NCBI RefSeq assembly: GCF_003202655.1
Contig: NZ_QGLR01000010.1
Span: 164,582-228,581 of the forward strand
Direction: 5' to 3'
Length of the DNA stretch: 64,000 nt
From: Gilliamella apicola
Lineage (GTDB): Bacteria; Pseudomonadota; Gammaproteobacteria; Enterobacterales; Orbaceae
The position numbers and the translations under genes were made by a program. Positions 20,874 through 32,162 of this stretch are shown piece by piece. The notes below the pieces were generated by a model that was not told where the DNA came from, made no database searches, and was given only the letters and a program-made list of their open reading frames with translations. How positions within the stretch are numbered: the first letter of the stretch is position 1; each line of letters starts with the position of its first letter.

Positions 20874-22123
20874 CTACATGGTGAAACGAAGTATTTTTTC
20901 TAAGAAAATACCCACAATGTTGTAGTCTATATTTGGGAAGGTTGAGCCTTCTATTCCCATATTGCCGAATATCGGATATAAAACGGTAGGTAAAAAAGCT
21001 AATAAGAGTCCAACCACAAAAGAACCTAACATAGCGCCACGCCAACCACCGGTTGAATTACCAAATACACCTGCAGTACCGCCAGAGAAAAAACAGATAT
21101 GAGCGGCAGGAATAATGACAACTGGAAAATCCAATGCAACCATTGTGGTTACACCAACTAAACCAGCCGCATAAGAACAAAGGAAACCGATAATTACAGC
21201 CGTTGGTGCAAAAGGAAATACAGTTGGAACATCCAACGCTGGGCGTGAGTTTGGTATGAATTTTTCAGAAATAGAGACGAATGCAGCGGTGATCTCTGCT
21301 AAGAACATTCTTACACCAGTCATTAAAATTGACATTCCTGCGGTAAAAGTAAATGCTTGAATAAAAGGAAATACCAACCAGTGTACTTTCCTTGAGTAAA
21401 GGTCTCGCCAGCTTTAAATGCTGAAATATAGAATAAGACAAGCATAACAACTGCAACCCCCATTAAGAAATCGCGGAAGAAAGATAACCATTTAGGGAAA
21501 TGAATATCTTCTGTTGTTTTGTCGCTATATTTGCTAAATACTTTGCCTAATAGACCAGAAAGTGCATAGCCGAACATATTAAAATGACCGATAGCTTGCA
21601 CATCACTGCCAGTAATTCTTCGCATAAATGGTTGACATAATTGCGGCAATGCACTTGACGCGAAACCTAAAATCGTTCCACCGATTAAAATAGCGGCGGT
21701 ATTAGATAAACCATAAGATTTTAGGATTAGTGATAATACACAAGCAAAGAATAGACTATGGCCAGTGGTGAAAAAGATATTTTTAAACGGCGTAATTCTG
21801 GCAAAAACTAAATTCATCGCAAAACCTAATATTAGCGTAACAGAAGTCACTAAAGCGTATTCTGTTTGCGCCATACCTGCTGCTGCTTCTGGTGATGCAA
21901 CGATGCCAACGATATGGAAACCTTCTTGAAATAATTTATTAAAATTTTGTAGAGCACTTGTCATAAGCGCCCCACCAGCACTAAAAATTAAAAAACCAAT
22001 GGTTGTTTTAAATGTGCCAGTAAAAACTTCTACCAACTGTTTCTTTTGCGCTAACAAGCCAACAAACGCAACCACGCCGAGTAAAACAGCTGGAGTGCTA
22101 AGAAAACTAATTATAAAATCCAT
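20874..22123 (-). pseudogene. ulaA: PTS ascorbate-family EIIC (UlaA/SgaT-like) disrupted by a frameshift near 21375
   Basis: The two ORFs (21323..22123 and 20874..21377) are colinear with the N- and C-terminal halves of E. coli UlaA (RRITG..GH, KWLSFFRDF, GVRMFLAEI). They overlap in different frames, which indicates a single indel. The alternative explanation is a sequencing error. Confidence 0.7.
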
Positions 22124-22140
22124 TTTAGACCCCTTAACAA

Positions 22141-22431
22141 TTAAATTAACCCATCTTCTTTAAGAGCAAACTCTAATTTTTCTTTTATTTCGTTTTTATC
22201 CATAATATTTTGGATTCCGATAATACGTTGTGGAAGATTCTTCTTTTCTAAATCTTCGGCTACATCAGGTAACGTAATGATATATTTACCATTAAATCCA
22301 GGAACACCATCTAATGAAGAGTGTTCAAGAGCAATTGGAAAGCTATTTTCTTTGATAACTTCATTCAATTTAATTTTTAACATTAAACTTGACCCAACTC
22401 CTGCACGGCAGGCAACTAATGCTTTAATCAT
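22141..22431 (-). CDS. ulaB: PTS EIIB (UlaB/SgaB-type)
   Basis: Active-site Cys context VACRAGVGSS, matching UlaB-like CGNGQGSS. About 96 aa from the second Met. Confidence 0.75.
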   Translation of the reverse strand: MIKALVACRAGVGSSLMLKIKLNEVIKENSFPIALEHSSLDGVPGFNGKYIITLPDVAEDLEKKNLPQRIIGIQNIMDKNEIKEKLEFALKEDGLI

Positions 22432-22888
22432 TTTCGGTACTCCTCTCAAAGTTTTCTAAAAAATCTATAAAATCACGCGGTTTTTTCACAGCTTGTATAA
22501 AAGCTAAAAATTGCTCATCACTAAATAAAGATACTAATTCTGATAATGCGGTTAAATGATCGTCCCCGGTCGGTGAACTTAAGCTAAACAAAAACTTGAC
22601 TGGATCATTGGCTGAATTTCCTGAAACAATAGCGTTCTTCAATCTAGTAAATCCTATAGCCAGTTTCTTGGCGCCGGATTCCGATGGGGCATGAGGAATG
22701 GCAATATTTTTAGTAATGACGATATATGGACCAATTTCCCTTAATATAGCGATAACTTTATCGACGTAATCAGTCGTAACCACCTCATCGATAACTAATG
22801 GTGACATCGCTAATTCTATTGCTTCCTCAAAGCTACTGGCTTCAATATCAAGTTGAATATAAGCAACTTTGATAAGTTTAGTTAACAA
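22424..22888 (-). CDS. ulaC: PTS EIIA type 2 (UlaC/SgaA-like)
   Basis: About 154 aa with a conserved histidine region (NIAIPHAPSE) typical of mannitol/ascorbate-family EIIA. First gene of the operon. Confidence 0.7.
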   Translation of the reverse strand: MLTKLIKVAYIQLDIEASSFEEAIELAMSPLVIDEVVTTDYVDKVIAILREIGPYIVITKNIAIPHAPSESGAKKLAIGFTRLKNAIVSGNSANDPVKFLFSLSSPTGDDHLTALSELVSLFSDEQFLAFIQAVKKPRDFIDFLENFERSTEND

Positions 22889-23379
22889 AGGTTTTCTCCT
22901 TTAAAAAATCCATTTCGATTTGATTATACGAAGGCCTTGCTATTAGACAATGATTATTGGGGTTACTTTTTGTTGGAAAAAAACTGATAAAAAACAAAAT
23001 GTGATTCGTAAAAGGAAAAACAAATAGTCGATGCTAATGATTAAAAATTTGCTTGCCAAAGACCAAAAGTCAGGTCAGTCAAATTTATCTAGATTGTGCT
23101 GAATGGTATTTGATATTGATTGATTATCTGTAACTAAGAGGCGATTAATCGAGAATAACTAACATTCATAGACGATATTAAAATAATAGCGTCGCCATGT
23201 TAGAGAACTTTTTATGTTTAACTATAAGCAAAAATAGAGAATTACTAAACCAATATGACTACAGAATCGAAAACATTCACGCCAATATTTTAGCATTAAT
23301 AATATTTCAATAATCTTTCCGAGGAAAATGTTAGATGAAATAACGAGAGTATTTTTTATTATTTTTGGATATTTGAAAT

Positions 23380-23455
23380 TGGAGCGGGAAACGAGGTTCG
23401 AACTCGCGACCTCAACCTTGGCAAGGTTGCGCTCTACCAACTGAGCTATTCCCGC
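23380..23455 (-). tRNA. tRNA-Gly (anticodon GCC)
   Basis: The reverse complement reads GCGGGAATAGCTCAGTTGGTAGAGCGCAACCTTGCCAAGGTTGAGGTCGCGAGTTCGAACCTCGTTTCCCGCTCCA. This is a cloverleaf with a GCC anticodon and CCA end, near-identical to E. coli glyV/W. Confidence 0.95.
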
Positions 23456-23472
23456 ATAAGAGGTGTTTTAAA

Positions 23473-23560
23473 TGGTGCCCGGGGCGAGACTTGAACTCGC
23501 ACGGCCAAAAAGGCCGAGGGATTTTAAATCCCTTGTGTCTACCGATTTCACCACCCGGGC
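23473..23560 (-). tRNA. tRNA-Leu (anticodon UAA)
   Basis: The reverse complement reads GCCCGGGTGGTGAAATCGGTAGACACAAGGGATTTAAAATCCC...CACCA. It has a long variable arm and a UAA anticodon, resembling E. coli leuZ. Confidence 0.95.
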
Positions 23561-23760
23561 GCAAAACTTAGTTCCGAAAGGTAACTGCGTTTTGGATGCT
23601 GTGCATTTTACCGATCTTAAATCTTACGTCAATAGAAAATTTAAAATAATTGTTTAACTGCTCAATGTTTGTCACATTTGAGGGAATTTTTAATCAATCC
23701 CCTCAAAAATTGGTTTAAATATGAATAATAATGAAAATTTAATTAACGATTAAGAGTTGA

Positions 23761-24099
23761 TTAAACACTGAAAGATGAACCACAACCACAAGTGGTGGTT
23801 GCATTTGGGTTATCTACCACAAAACGTGAACCTTGCAATCCTTCAACATAGTCTATTGTGCCACCGACAAGGTATTGTAGGCTCATAGGGTCAATAAGAA
23901 GTGAGACACCATTTTTTTCGATCGCTAGATCATCTTCATTAACTTTTTCGTCAAAGGTAAAACCATACTGGAATCCACTACACCCACCACCGGTGATATA
24001 AACTCGTAATTTAAGATTCGGGTTTTCTTCTTCCGTTACTAGCGTTTTTACTTTATTTGCAGCGGCATCAGTAAAGTTAATTGGTAAGGCATCGCTCAT
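23761..24099 (-). CDS. erpA: Iron-sulfur cluster insertion protein ErpA
   Basis: Near-identical motif structure to E. coli ErpA ([23 protein letters not shown]..., CGCGSSF). Confidence 0.95.
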   Translation of the reverse strand: MSDALPINFTDAAANKVKTLVTEEENPNLKLRVYITGGGCSGFQYGFTFDEKVNEDDLAIEKNGVSLLIDPMSLQYLVGGTIDYVEGLQGSRFVVDNPNATTTCGCGSSFSV

Positions 24100-24256
24100 T
24101 TTATTCTCCTACTTTAAGTACTCTCATATTATATACTCTTGGAAAAAGAAAATACAAAATGAAAACATCAATTAGTTAAATTTGTATGGCTTGCTTGAAT
24201 TTAAGTTAATTTTATGAATAAATACGACAACAATTTCTACAGAGAAGACCATAATT

Positions 24257-25549
24257 ATGCTTAAAACATTTAAATCAGAAAAACTTTACCACGAAGCATT
24301 AACTTTAATGCCAGGAGGGGTTAATTCGCCCGTACGTGCCTTTAATGGAGTTGGTGGAACACCGTTATTCATTGAAAAAGCTGATGGTGCTTATATTTAT
24401 GATGTTGATGAAAAAGCATATATTGATTATGTTGGATCTTGGGGACCAATGATTTTAGGTCATAATGATGCCGATGTAGCAGAGGCTGTGATTAATGCTG
24501 TTCGTAAAGGTTTAAGCTATGGGGCACCAACCGAAATTGAAACCAAAATGGCCAACCTCGTTACTCAATTGATGCCATCTATAGAGATGCTACGTATGGT
24601 AAATTCAGGTACTGAGGCAACCATGAGTGCAATACGCCTTGCCCGCGGCTATACTGGTCGTGACAAAATAATCAAATTTGAAGGCTGTTATCATGGACAT
24701 GCGGATTATTTATTAGTTAAAGCGGGTTCTGGAGCACTTACTTTTGGTCACCCGACCTCTCCTGGGGTACCGCAAGATTTTGTTAAACATACCTTAGTCT
24801 GTGATTATAACAATTTAGAATCGGTAAAAAGACAATTTGAGCAGTTTCCGGATCAGATAGCCGCGATTATCATTGAGCCTGTTGCCGGTAATATGAACTG
24901 TGTTCCCGCTAAAAAGTCATTCTTACAAGGATTAAGAAGTTTATGTGATAATTATGGTGCTTTATTAATTATTGATGAGGTAATGACTGGCTTTAGAGTT
25001 GCCTTAGGTGGCGCGCAAGAATATTACGATGTTATTCCAGATTTGACATGCTTAGGTAAAATTATCGGTGGTGGTATGCCGGTCGGTGCTTTTGGTGGTC
25101 GAAGCGAAATCATGCAACAATTGGCACCAACTGGACCAATTTATCAAGCGGGAACCCTTTCTGGTAATCCAGTAGCTATGGCGGCTGGTTATACCACTTT
25201 GACCAAATTGATGGATGTAGGTATTTATCAAGAATTAGAGGAGAAAACCGCTACACTAGTTAATGGTCTATTGTCTGCAGCAAGACGTTTTAATGTACCA
25301 TTTGTGGTTAATCATGCAGGAGGGATGTTTGGATTTTTCTTTACAACTGCTTTAGAAGTGAGCAGTTATAAGGATGTAATGAATTGTAATGTTGAATTAT
25401 TCAAAAAATTCTATCATCATATGCTCGCTGAAGGAGTTTACTTTGCGCCCTCAGCTTTCGAAGCTGGTTTCATGTCACTTATGCACACAGATAAAGAGAT
25501 CGATCTAACAATTGATGCAGCAAGCCGTTTTTTTAAAAACATAAGTTAA
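24257..25549 (+). CDS. hemL: Glutamate-1-semialdehyde 2,1-aminomutase
   Basis: Class III aminotransferase. HemL hallmarks ([15 protein letters not shown]-lysine region [15 protein letters not shown]). 430 aa. Confidence 0.93.
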   Translation: MLKTFKSEKLYHEALTLMPGGVNSPVRAFNGVGGTPLFIEKADGAYIYDVDEKAYIDYVGSWGPMILGHNDADVAEAVINAVRKGLSYGAPTEIETKMANLVTQLMPSIEMLRMVNSGTEATMSAIRLARGYTGRDKIIKFEGCYHGHADYLLVKAGSGALTFGHPTSPGVPQDFVKHTLVCDYNNLESVKRQFEQFPDQIAAIIIEPVAGNMNCVPAKKSFLQGLRSLCDNYGALLIIDEVMTGFRVALGGAQEYYDVIPDLTCLGKIIGGGMPVGAFGGRSEIMQQLAPTGPIYQAGTLSGNPVAMAAGYTTLTKLMDVGIYQELEEKTATLVNGLLSAARRFNVPFVVNHAGGMFGFFFTTALEVSSYKDVMNCNVELFKKFYHHMLAEGVYFAPSAFEAGFMSLMHTDKEIDLTIDAASRFFKNIS

Positions 25550-25618
25550 CTTGATAAAATATAGTAAATTATACTCATATCGATTAAAATTTTAACTATT
25601 AACATAGGTAATAAATTT

Positions 25619-26092
25619 ATGGTTAATCCACTAAAAGAAGGTGATAAAGCACCTCTATTTTCTCTACCTGACCAAGATGGCGAGCTTATTAGTTCAAAAG
25701 AGTTTAAAGATCAGCGTATTTTACTCTATTTTTACCCTAAAGCGATGACGCCTGGTTGTACAGTACAAGCGTGTAACTTACGCGATAGTGCTGATGATTT
25801 TAAAAAATATAATGTAGTTGTTATTGGTATTAGTACGGATAAACCGGAAAAATTATCACGTTTTGTTGATAAAGAATTATTAAACTTTACCCTACTTTCA
25901 GATGAAGATCATAAAACTTGTGATGCCTTTGGCGTTTGGGGTGAAAAAGAATTTATGGGAAAAACTTATGATGGTATTCATCGCATAAGTTTTTTGATCG
26001 ATAAAGATGGTAAGATCGAAAAAGTTTTTGATGATTTTAAAACAGCTAACCATCACACTATTGTTTTAGATTATCTAAAAAATAATAGTTAA
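25619..26092 (+). CDS. bcp: Thiol peroxidase Bcp (peroxiredoxin)
   Basis: Peroxiredoxin motif FYPKAMTPGCT, with the resolving Cys in a Bcp-type context. 157 aa. Confidence 0.9.
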   Translation: MVNPLKEGDKAPLFSLPDQDGELISSKEFKDQRILLYFYPKAMTPGCTVQACNLRDSADDFKKYNVVVIGISTDKPEKLSRFVDKELLNFTLLSDEDHKTCDAFGVWGEKEFMGKTYDGIHRISFLIDKDGKIEKVFDDFKTANHHTIVLDYLKNNS

Positions 26093-26104
26093 TTTTTCAG
26101 ATTA

Positions 26105-26130
26105 AAGCAGATTAATCATTTAATCTGCTT
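26105..26130. terminator. Bidirectional intrinsic terminator between bcp and the AI-2E transporter gene
   Basis: Hairpin AAGCAGATTAA-tcat-TTAATCTGCTT flanked by T/A runs on both strands. Confidence 0.6.
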
Positions 26131-27204
26131 TTTTTCATTTTTTATATTATTTATCTCTTCCAAATTCGGCCACGCATTAATAATTGCTTTAACTAATGTT
26201 GCTAAGGGTATAGCAAAAAATACGCCCCAAAATCCCCATAATCCGCCAAAAATGATTACCGCTACAATGATAACTAATGGATGCAAATTAAGTTTTTCAG
26301 AAAAAAGATAAGGAACTAATAAATTACCATCAAGAGCTTGAATAAGAATATAAAAGAAAATTAAATAACTAAATTGCGCCGTGAAACCCCATTGCGAAAG
26401 CGCAATTAACACCACCGGAATACTGGAAATAATAATGCCAATGTAGGGGATTAGCACTGAAAGACCAACTAAAACGGCTAACAATAATCCATAATCCAAG
26501 CCGAAATACCAAAAAGGTATATAAACACAGACGGACAAAATAATGATATGTAAAACATTACCGACGATGTAATTCGATATTTGTTGATCCATCTCGGTAG
26601 CAACTTTATTTAATATAGTTCGATTTTTGGGTAAAGCCTTAGAACAATATCCCCATATTTTCGATTTATCTTTTAATAAGAAAAACATAATAATCGGTAC
26701 TAAGACGGCATTAATAACCACCGAAACTAAACCAAATAAAGAGCTAATTGAAAACTGTAATAATGAGTTGCCGGTTTGCACCACTTTACTGGTTATGCCT
26801 TGAATTATCGAATCAAATAATCCAACATCAATAAGTTCAGGATAATGTTCAGGCAGAGAGGTAATAAATTTGTTGGCAAAATTCAACATTGTTGGAATAT
26901 TAGTAATTAAACTAACACCTTGTTGCCAAATCAAAGGAAGTAAAATCATCATCCCAGCTAAACCAACTAACATAAACACTAATAACACGATAACGACGGC
27001 TAATGTATGCGGAACTTTTTTTTGTTGTAGATAATTGACCGGTCTATCAAGCAGATAAGATAAAACAATGGCAATTAAAATAGGCAGCAAAATTTTATTG
27101 AAGAAATAGATGATAAAAAATAACACAATGATAACAATCATTAGCGATACCACATGTGGATCGCTAAAGCGTTTTTTGTACCATTCAATAAACAATTTTA
27201 ACAT
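26116..27204 (-). CDS. AI-2E family transporter (PerM/YhhT-like)
   Basis: Multi-TM protein of about 362 aa with the typical AI-2E/UPF0118 topology. Confidence 0.7.
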   Translation of the reverse strand: MLKLFIEWYKKRFSDPHVVSLMIVIIVLFFIIYFFNKILLPILIAIVLSYLLDRPVNYLQQKKVPHTLAVVIVLLVFMLVGLAGMMILLPLIWQQGVSLITNIPTMLNFANKFITSLPEHYPELIDVGLFDSIIQGITSKVVQTGNSLLQFSISSLFGLVSVVINAVLVPIIMFFLLKDKSKIWGYCSKALPKNRTILNKVATEMDQQISNYIVGNVLHIIILSVCVYIPFWYFGLDYGLLLAVLVGLSVLIPYIGIIISSIPVVLIALSQWGFTAQFSYLIFFYILIQALDGNLLVPYLFSEKLNLHPLVIIVAVIIFGGLWGFWGVFFAIPLATLVKAIINAWPNLEEINNIKNEKKQIK

Positions 27205-27250
27205 CTATAACTCCTTAAGTTTTTTGCCGTTTATCTGCTAGTTATTTAAC

Positions 27251-28774
27251 TTATTTTTTAAAACCACCCAAGATCCCTCGTGTAATTTGTCTGCCAATTT
27301 GATTAACCATTTGTCTAGTTGCACTTTTGGCAACGGATTGAACTATCCCGTCATGTTGTCCGCCTTTTGACCCAGTCCTGCCAAAAAAAATTGAACTTAA
27401 AAAATCCATTACACCACCGTGCTCATCTTGATTTGTAGAGCTTTGTGTTGAATTGCTTTCTGCTGGATTTTGATCATTGGCCGTATTGATAGTAAAACCT
27501 TGTTTGAGTTTTTCGTAGGCTGATTCACGATCGATGGTTGTTGAATATTTGTCATAAAAGTGGGATTGATGAATGATCGACAGCTGATTATCACTATCCA
27601 TTGGTCCCATTTTAGAACCTGGGGCAATGATCATGCCTCGTTGAACGATATTCGGTCGCCCCTTCTCATCTAAAAATGAAATAAGTGCCTCGCCGACACC
27701 GAGCTCCATGATAGCTTTTTCGGTATCAAAATTTGGGTTAGCTCGCATAGTTTGCGCGGCAACTTTAACCGCTTTTTGATCTTTAGGGGTAAATGCCCGT
27801 AATGCGTGCTGGACACGATTACCTAATTGCCCAAGGATAGTTTCAGGAATATCGGTTGGGCTTTGGGTGGCAAAATAGACACCTACCCCTTTAGAACGAA
27901 TTAGACGAACAACTTGTTCGATTTTTTCTAATAAAGCCGGGGAAATATCATTAAAAAGCAGATGTGCTTCATCAAAAAAGAATACCAGTTTAGGCTTATC
28001 AAGATCACCTACTTCCGGTAAATGTTCAAACAGTTCGGATAATAACCACAATAGGAAAACTGAATATAATTTTGGGGAATTATATAATTTATTGGCGGAT
28101 AAAATATTGATAACTCCATGACCTTCTGCATTAGTTTGCAACAAATCATGAATATCGAACATTGGTTCACCTAGGAAGAATTCTGCGCCTTGCTGTTGTA
28201 AAGTAAGTAATCCTCGCTGAATAGCTCCTATTGTTGCTGAACTGATATTGCCATATTGAGTAGTAAATTTTTTAGCATTATCACCAATAAATTGGATAAA
28301 AGTCCTTAAATCTTTAAAATCGAGTAATAATAAACCATTATCATCAGCAATTTTAAAAACTAATTGTAAAACGCCAGATTGAATGTCGTTTAGATTTAAG
28401 AGTCGTCCCAATAAAATCGGACCAATATCAGAAACCGTACTGCGAACTGGAATACCTTTTTCGCCAAATACATCCCATAATTCTAAAGGTGATGACGTAG
28501 GTAACCAATCAGTTACCCCAATATTTGCTAGCCGTGATTGTAATTTTTCCGATAATACGCCTTTTTCACCAAGGCCGGTTAGATCACCTTTTACATCAGC
28601 AAGAAATACTGGTACACCGATTTGCGAAAACTTTTCCGCCATTTTTTGTAGGGTTACGGTTTTACCGGTACCTGTTGCACCAGTAATTAAACCATGGCGA
28701 TTAGCCAAAGATGCAAGGATGTATAAATCATTACCTTCACTTTTGGCAATAACGATCTTTTCACTCATAAACAT
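27251..28774 (-). CDS. DUF853/YjgR-like P-loop NTPase (HerA/FtsK-like ATPase fold)
   Basis: Walker A GATGTGKT near the N-terminus. About 500 aa, matching the length and organisation of E. coli YjgR-family proteins. Confidence 0.7.
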   Translation of the reverse strand: MFMSEKIVIAKSEGNDLYILASLANRHGLITGATGTGKTVTLQKMAEKFSQIGVPVFLADVKGDLTGLGEKGVLSEKLQSRLANIGVTDWLPTSSPLELWDVFGEKGIPVRSTVSDIGPILLGRLLNLNDIQSGVLQLVFKIADDNGLLLLDFKDLRTFIQFIGDNAKKFTTQYGNISSATIGAIQRGLLTLQQQGAEFFLGEPMFDIHDLLQTNAEGHGVINILSANKLYNSPKLYSVFLLWLLSELFEHLPEVGDLDKPKLVFFFDEAHLLFNDISPALLEKIEQVVRLIRSKGVGVYFATQSPTDIPETILGQLGNRVQHALRAFTPKDQKAVKVAAQTMRANPNFDTEKAIMELGVGEALISFLDEKGRPNIVQRGMIIAPGSKMGPMDSDNQLSIIHQSHFYDKYSTTIDRESAYEKLKQGFTINTANDQNPAESNSTQSSTNQDEHGGVMDFLSSIFFGRTGSKGGQHDGIVQSVAKSATRQMVNQIGRQITRGILGGFKK

Positions 28775-28870
28775 CTCCCATTCAAAAATTGCTATTAAAA
28801 CAATTAAGAATATTGTAAGCTGATTTAGAAATAACTGCTATTATTTTAACTAATCTTGTAAGGGGGCTGT

Positions 28871-29086
28871 ATGTTTCCAGAATATCGTGACTTAATTTCT
28901 AAATTAAAAAAATCCGATTTGCGTTTTCAAAAATTATTTGATGAACACAATGATCTTGATCAAAAAATTAAAAACATTGAATCGGGTATTGCTGTTGATA
29001 CTTCAGAAAGTATTGAGAATCTAAAAAAACAGAAACTAAAATTAAAAGATCAACTTTATGAGATTTTGAAAAAAGCTTCGGCGTAA
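28871..29086 (+). CDS. DUF465/YdcH-like small protein
   Basis: 71-aa coiled-coil protein resembling E. coli YdcH (DUF465). Confidence 0.6.
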   Translation: MFPEYRDLISKLKKSDLRFQKLFDEHNDLDQKIKNIESGIAVDTSESIENLKKQKLKLKDQLYEILKKASA

Positions 29087-29125
29087 TTTATTAAATTAAG
29101 CGTTGTCGATCTTTATTATGTGAGA

Positions 29126-29154
29126 AAAAACCCCAAGTTATGGGGTTTAATTTT
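29126..29154. terminator. Bidirectional intrinsic terminator between the ydcH-like gene and mgtA
   Basis: AAAACCCCA-agtta-TGGGGTTT hairpin with a GC-rich stem, followed by a T-run and preceded by an A-run. Confidence 0.75.
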
Positions 29155-29453
29155 ATTACAATTTTACACAAATCATTAGGTAAATCGTTATTTATTCACT
29201 TTTTCTTGTGCTTTTTTCAATTTACGGTTTTTGATTAGTGTAATTAAATTTTTATGTGGGGTTTTCATTTTTTACTCCTCTTGTTGTTATATAAATGCGC
29301 CTTAAATTGATATTTAAAGCGTTTTGTTGCTATATAAATATTGTCATCCGTGATGTTTTCAATAATGTTTAATTAAACACTATAACACATTAGTTTAATA
29401 TTTATACTTTTTTAGTTAATGATGTAAGCATAACTTACATCAAGTTTATTATT

Positions 29454-32162
29454 TTAGAACCATTGTCCAAAGCGTTTGATGTAAATCTTTTTCATTATTT
29501 GGGCTACGACACAGTAACTCAATAATGTTGCAACCAACCATGGGAAATAGGACCAAGGTAAAGGTTGAAGACCAATTAAGCTGCCAATTGGTGAAAATGG
29601 AATATAAATACCCACCGCCATAATTAGCATAGTCATAACAATCACTGGGAATGCCGCCGTGCTCTGAATAAATGGAATTTTTTGTGTTCTTAGCATATGT
29701 ACCACTAAGGTTTGGGATAACAACCCTTCGATAAACCAACCTGAATGGAACAGCGATTCAGCTGCTACACTATTAGCACTAAAAACAAACCACATTAATG
29801 CATAAGTTGTTATGTCAAAAATAGAAGATGTTGGGCCGATCCAGATCATAAAGCGTCCAATATTTGGCGCATCCCATTTACGTGGTTTTTGTAAAAACTC
29901 TTCATCCATCTTATCCCAAGGTAATGATAGTTGTGAAATATCATATAATAAATTTTGGATAAGCAGATGAATCGCAAGCATTGGTAAAAACGGTAAAAAC
30001 GCACTTGCCACCAATACAGAGAAGATATTACCAAAATTTGAACTAGCGGTCATATTAAGATATTTCATAATATTACCGAAGGTTTCACGACCACATATTA
30101 CCCCCTCTTCTAATACCATCAAGCTTTTTTCCAGCAAAATAATATCGGCCGATTCTTTAGCAATATCAGTTGCGGTATCCACCGAAATACCAACATCGGC
30201 ATCACGTAACGCTGGAGCATCATTAATACCATCGCCTAAAAAACCAACTGTATGACCGTTATCTTGTAATAATCGAATTATGCGAGATTTTTGTAACGGA
30301 GTTAACTTAGCAAAAATAGTGCGTTGTTCGATCTGCTCTTTTAACTCAGCATCATCCATGTTTTCAATTTCGCTGCCAAGTAAAGGAATACCGGGTTCTA
30401 AACCAACTTCTCGGCATACTTTAATCGTAATAATTTCATTGTCACCGGTTAAAACTTTAACCCCAACTCCATGTTCATTTAAAGCAGAAATTGCTTCATA
30501 AGCACTCTCTTTAGGTGGATCGAGGAAGGTTAAAAATCCACGAATGGCTAATGCTTTCTCGTCTTGCACACTGTATTGGGTTTTAGTTTGTGATCCTGAA
30601 ATCTCTTTCACACCTACCGCTAATACTCTGAAACCATCTTTATTATAGTTGTGGGCTAGTTCAATCAATGCTTGTTTGCGATTTTCATCCAACGGTAAAT
30701 ATTCACCATTTTCATAAACGAAATCCGAAATAGATAGCATTTCTTCAACGGCACCTTTACAGATCATTAAGTGATTATCATCATTGCCTTGCACAACTAC
30801 AGATAAACGACGACGAACAAAATCAAACGGTAATTCATCAATTTTACTATATAGACCAACACCAACTTTTTTAACGCTGGTTTTTTCTTCAGCAAAACGG
30901 ATGATTGCTTTATCCATCAAGTTTTTCATTCCGCTTTGATAGTAACTATTGAGCCACGCCAGTTGTAACACCGATGGATCAACTTGGCCGTTAATGTCTA
31001 AATGATGTTCTAAAATAATTTTATCTTGGGTTAAGGTACCGGTTTTATCAGTACATAAAATATCCATCGCACCAAAATTTTGTATTGCGTTTAACCTTTT
31101 AACCACCACTTTGCGTTTTGCCATTCCTACCGCACCTTTGGCTAGATTTGCACTAACAATCATCGGCAACATTTCAGGCGTTAAACCAACAGCCACAGCC
31201 AAAGCAAATAAGGCTGCTTCGCCCCAATCGCCTTTGGTAAAGCCGTTTATTAACAACACAATCGGCACCATCACTAACATAAAGCGTATCAACAACCAAC
31301 TTACGCTATTTACCCCACGATCAAATGAGGTTTCTGCCCTTGAGCCTACAATTGATTTGGCTAATGAACCAAAATGGGTATCAGCACCGGTAGCAACAAC
31401 AATCGCTTTTGCGGTACCACTTACTACATTGGTGCCCATAAAGCAGATATTATTGACATCAAGTAGATTATCTTTATCAATCTCAGATGGATTTACCTCA
31501 TCTGTGGTTTTTTGTGATACGGCACCTAAGGTGTCATATTTTTCAACCGGAATTGATTCACCAGTCAATACCGCTTGACTGACAAATAGATCGCGCGATT
31601 CGATTAAACGAATGTCTGCCGGAATCATATCCCCAGCTGATAACAGCACTATATCGCCAGGAACGATATCACTTAAAGGAACTTCGATATGTTCAGCCGG
31701 CATATTTTTATTTGGCCGACGCAACACCGTGGCTGTAGTTCGGATCATTGATTTTAAAGCTTCAGCAGCTTTATTTGAACGAAACTCCTGCCAAAAACGC
31801 AGTAAGCCACTTAGTGTAACCATTGTTAAAATAATGATAATACTGGTGAGATCAGTCTCCTCACCGTTTTGTAATGGTAACCAGTAATCAGTGACAAAAC
31901 TAACCGCGGCCAATATTAACAAAACAAAGATAAAAGGATTTTTAAAAGCTAACAGCAGCTGCACAAAGGCCGAAGGAACTTTTTCTCGAGCCACTTCATT
32001 TTTACCATATTGTTCCAATCGAGATTTGGCATTCTCTTGGGTTAGCCCAGAGAGGCTTGATTGAAATTTAGATAAAATGTTATCCAAACTGTTTTGCGCT
32101 TCTTCAAGTGCTTTAGTGTTTAAAGTATTTTCTGTCTTTACTTTAGATGTGTTTTTAATCAT
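29454..32162 (-). CDS. mgtA: Magnesium-translocating P-type ATPase
   Basis: 902 aa. P-type ATPase phosphorylation motif DKTGTLT, plus TGES, GDGINDAP and MgtA-type N- and C-terminal TM organisation. Confidence 0.92.
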   Translation of the reverse strand: MIKNTSKVKTENTLNTKALEEAQNSLDNILSKFQSSLSGLTQENAKSRLEQYGKNEVAREKVPSAFVQLLLAFKNPFIFVLLILAAVSFVTDYWLPLQNGEETDLTSIIIILTMVTLSGLLRFWQEFRSNKAAEALKSMIRTTATVLRRPNKNMPAEHIEVPLSDIVPGDIVLLSAGDMIPADIRLIESRDLFVSQAVLTGESIPVEKYDTLGAVSQKTTDEVNPSEIDKDNLLDVNNICFMGTNVVSGTAKAIVVATGADTHFGSLAKSIVGSRAETSFDRGVNSVSWLLIRFMLVMVPIVLLINGFTKGDWGEAALFALAVAVGLTPEMLPMIVSANLAKGAVGMAKRKVVVKRLNAIQNFGAMDILCTDKTGTLTQDKIILEHHLDINGQVDPSVLQLAWLNSYYQSGMKNLMDKAIIRFAEEKTSVKKVGVGLYSKIDELPFDFVRRRLSVVVQGNDDNHLMICKGAVEEMLSISDFVYENGEYLPLDENRKQALIELAHNYNKDGFRVLAVGVKEISGSQTKTQYSVQDEKALAIRGFLTFLDPPKESAYEAISALNEHGVGVKVLTGDNEIITIKVCREVGLEPGIPLLGSEIENMDDAELKEQIEQRTIFAKLTPLQKSRIIRLLQDNGHTVGFLGDGINDAPALRDADVGISVDTATDIAKESADIILLEKSLMVLEEGVICGRETFGNIMKYLNMTASSNFGNIFSVLVASAFLPFLPMLAIHLLIQNLLYDISQLSLPWDKMDEEFLQKPRKWDAPNIGRFMIWIGPTSSIFDITTYALMWFVFSANSVAAESLFHSGWFIEGLLSQTLVVHMLRTQKIPFIQSTAAFPVIVMTMLIMAVGIYIPFSPIGSLIGLQPLPWSYFPWLVATLLSYCVVAQIMKKIYIKRFGQWF

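Noticed and set aside
23222-23657. ORFs 23222..23440 (-) and 23472..23657 (+).
   Set aside because: They overlap the tRNA-Gly and tRNA-Leu genes and their flanks. They are spurious translations of structural RNA.
29449-30034. Small minus-strand ORFs (29449..29739, 29846..30034) overlapping the 3' end of mgtA.
   Set aside because: They are alternative frames embedded in mgtA. MgtA's C-terminal TM helices occupy this region.
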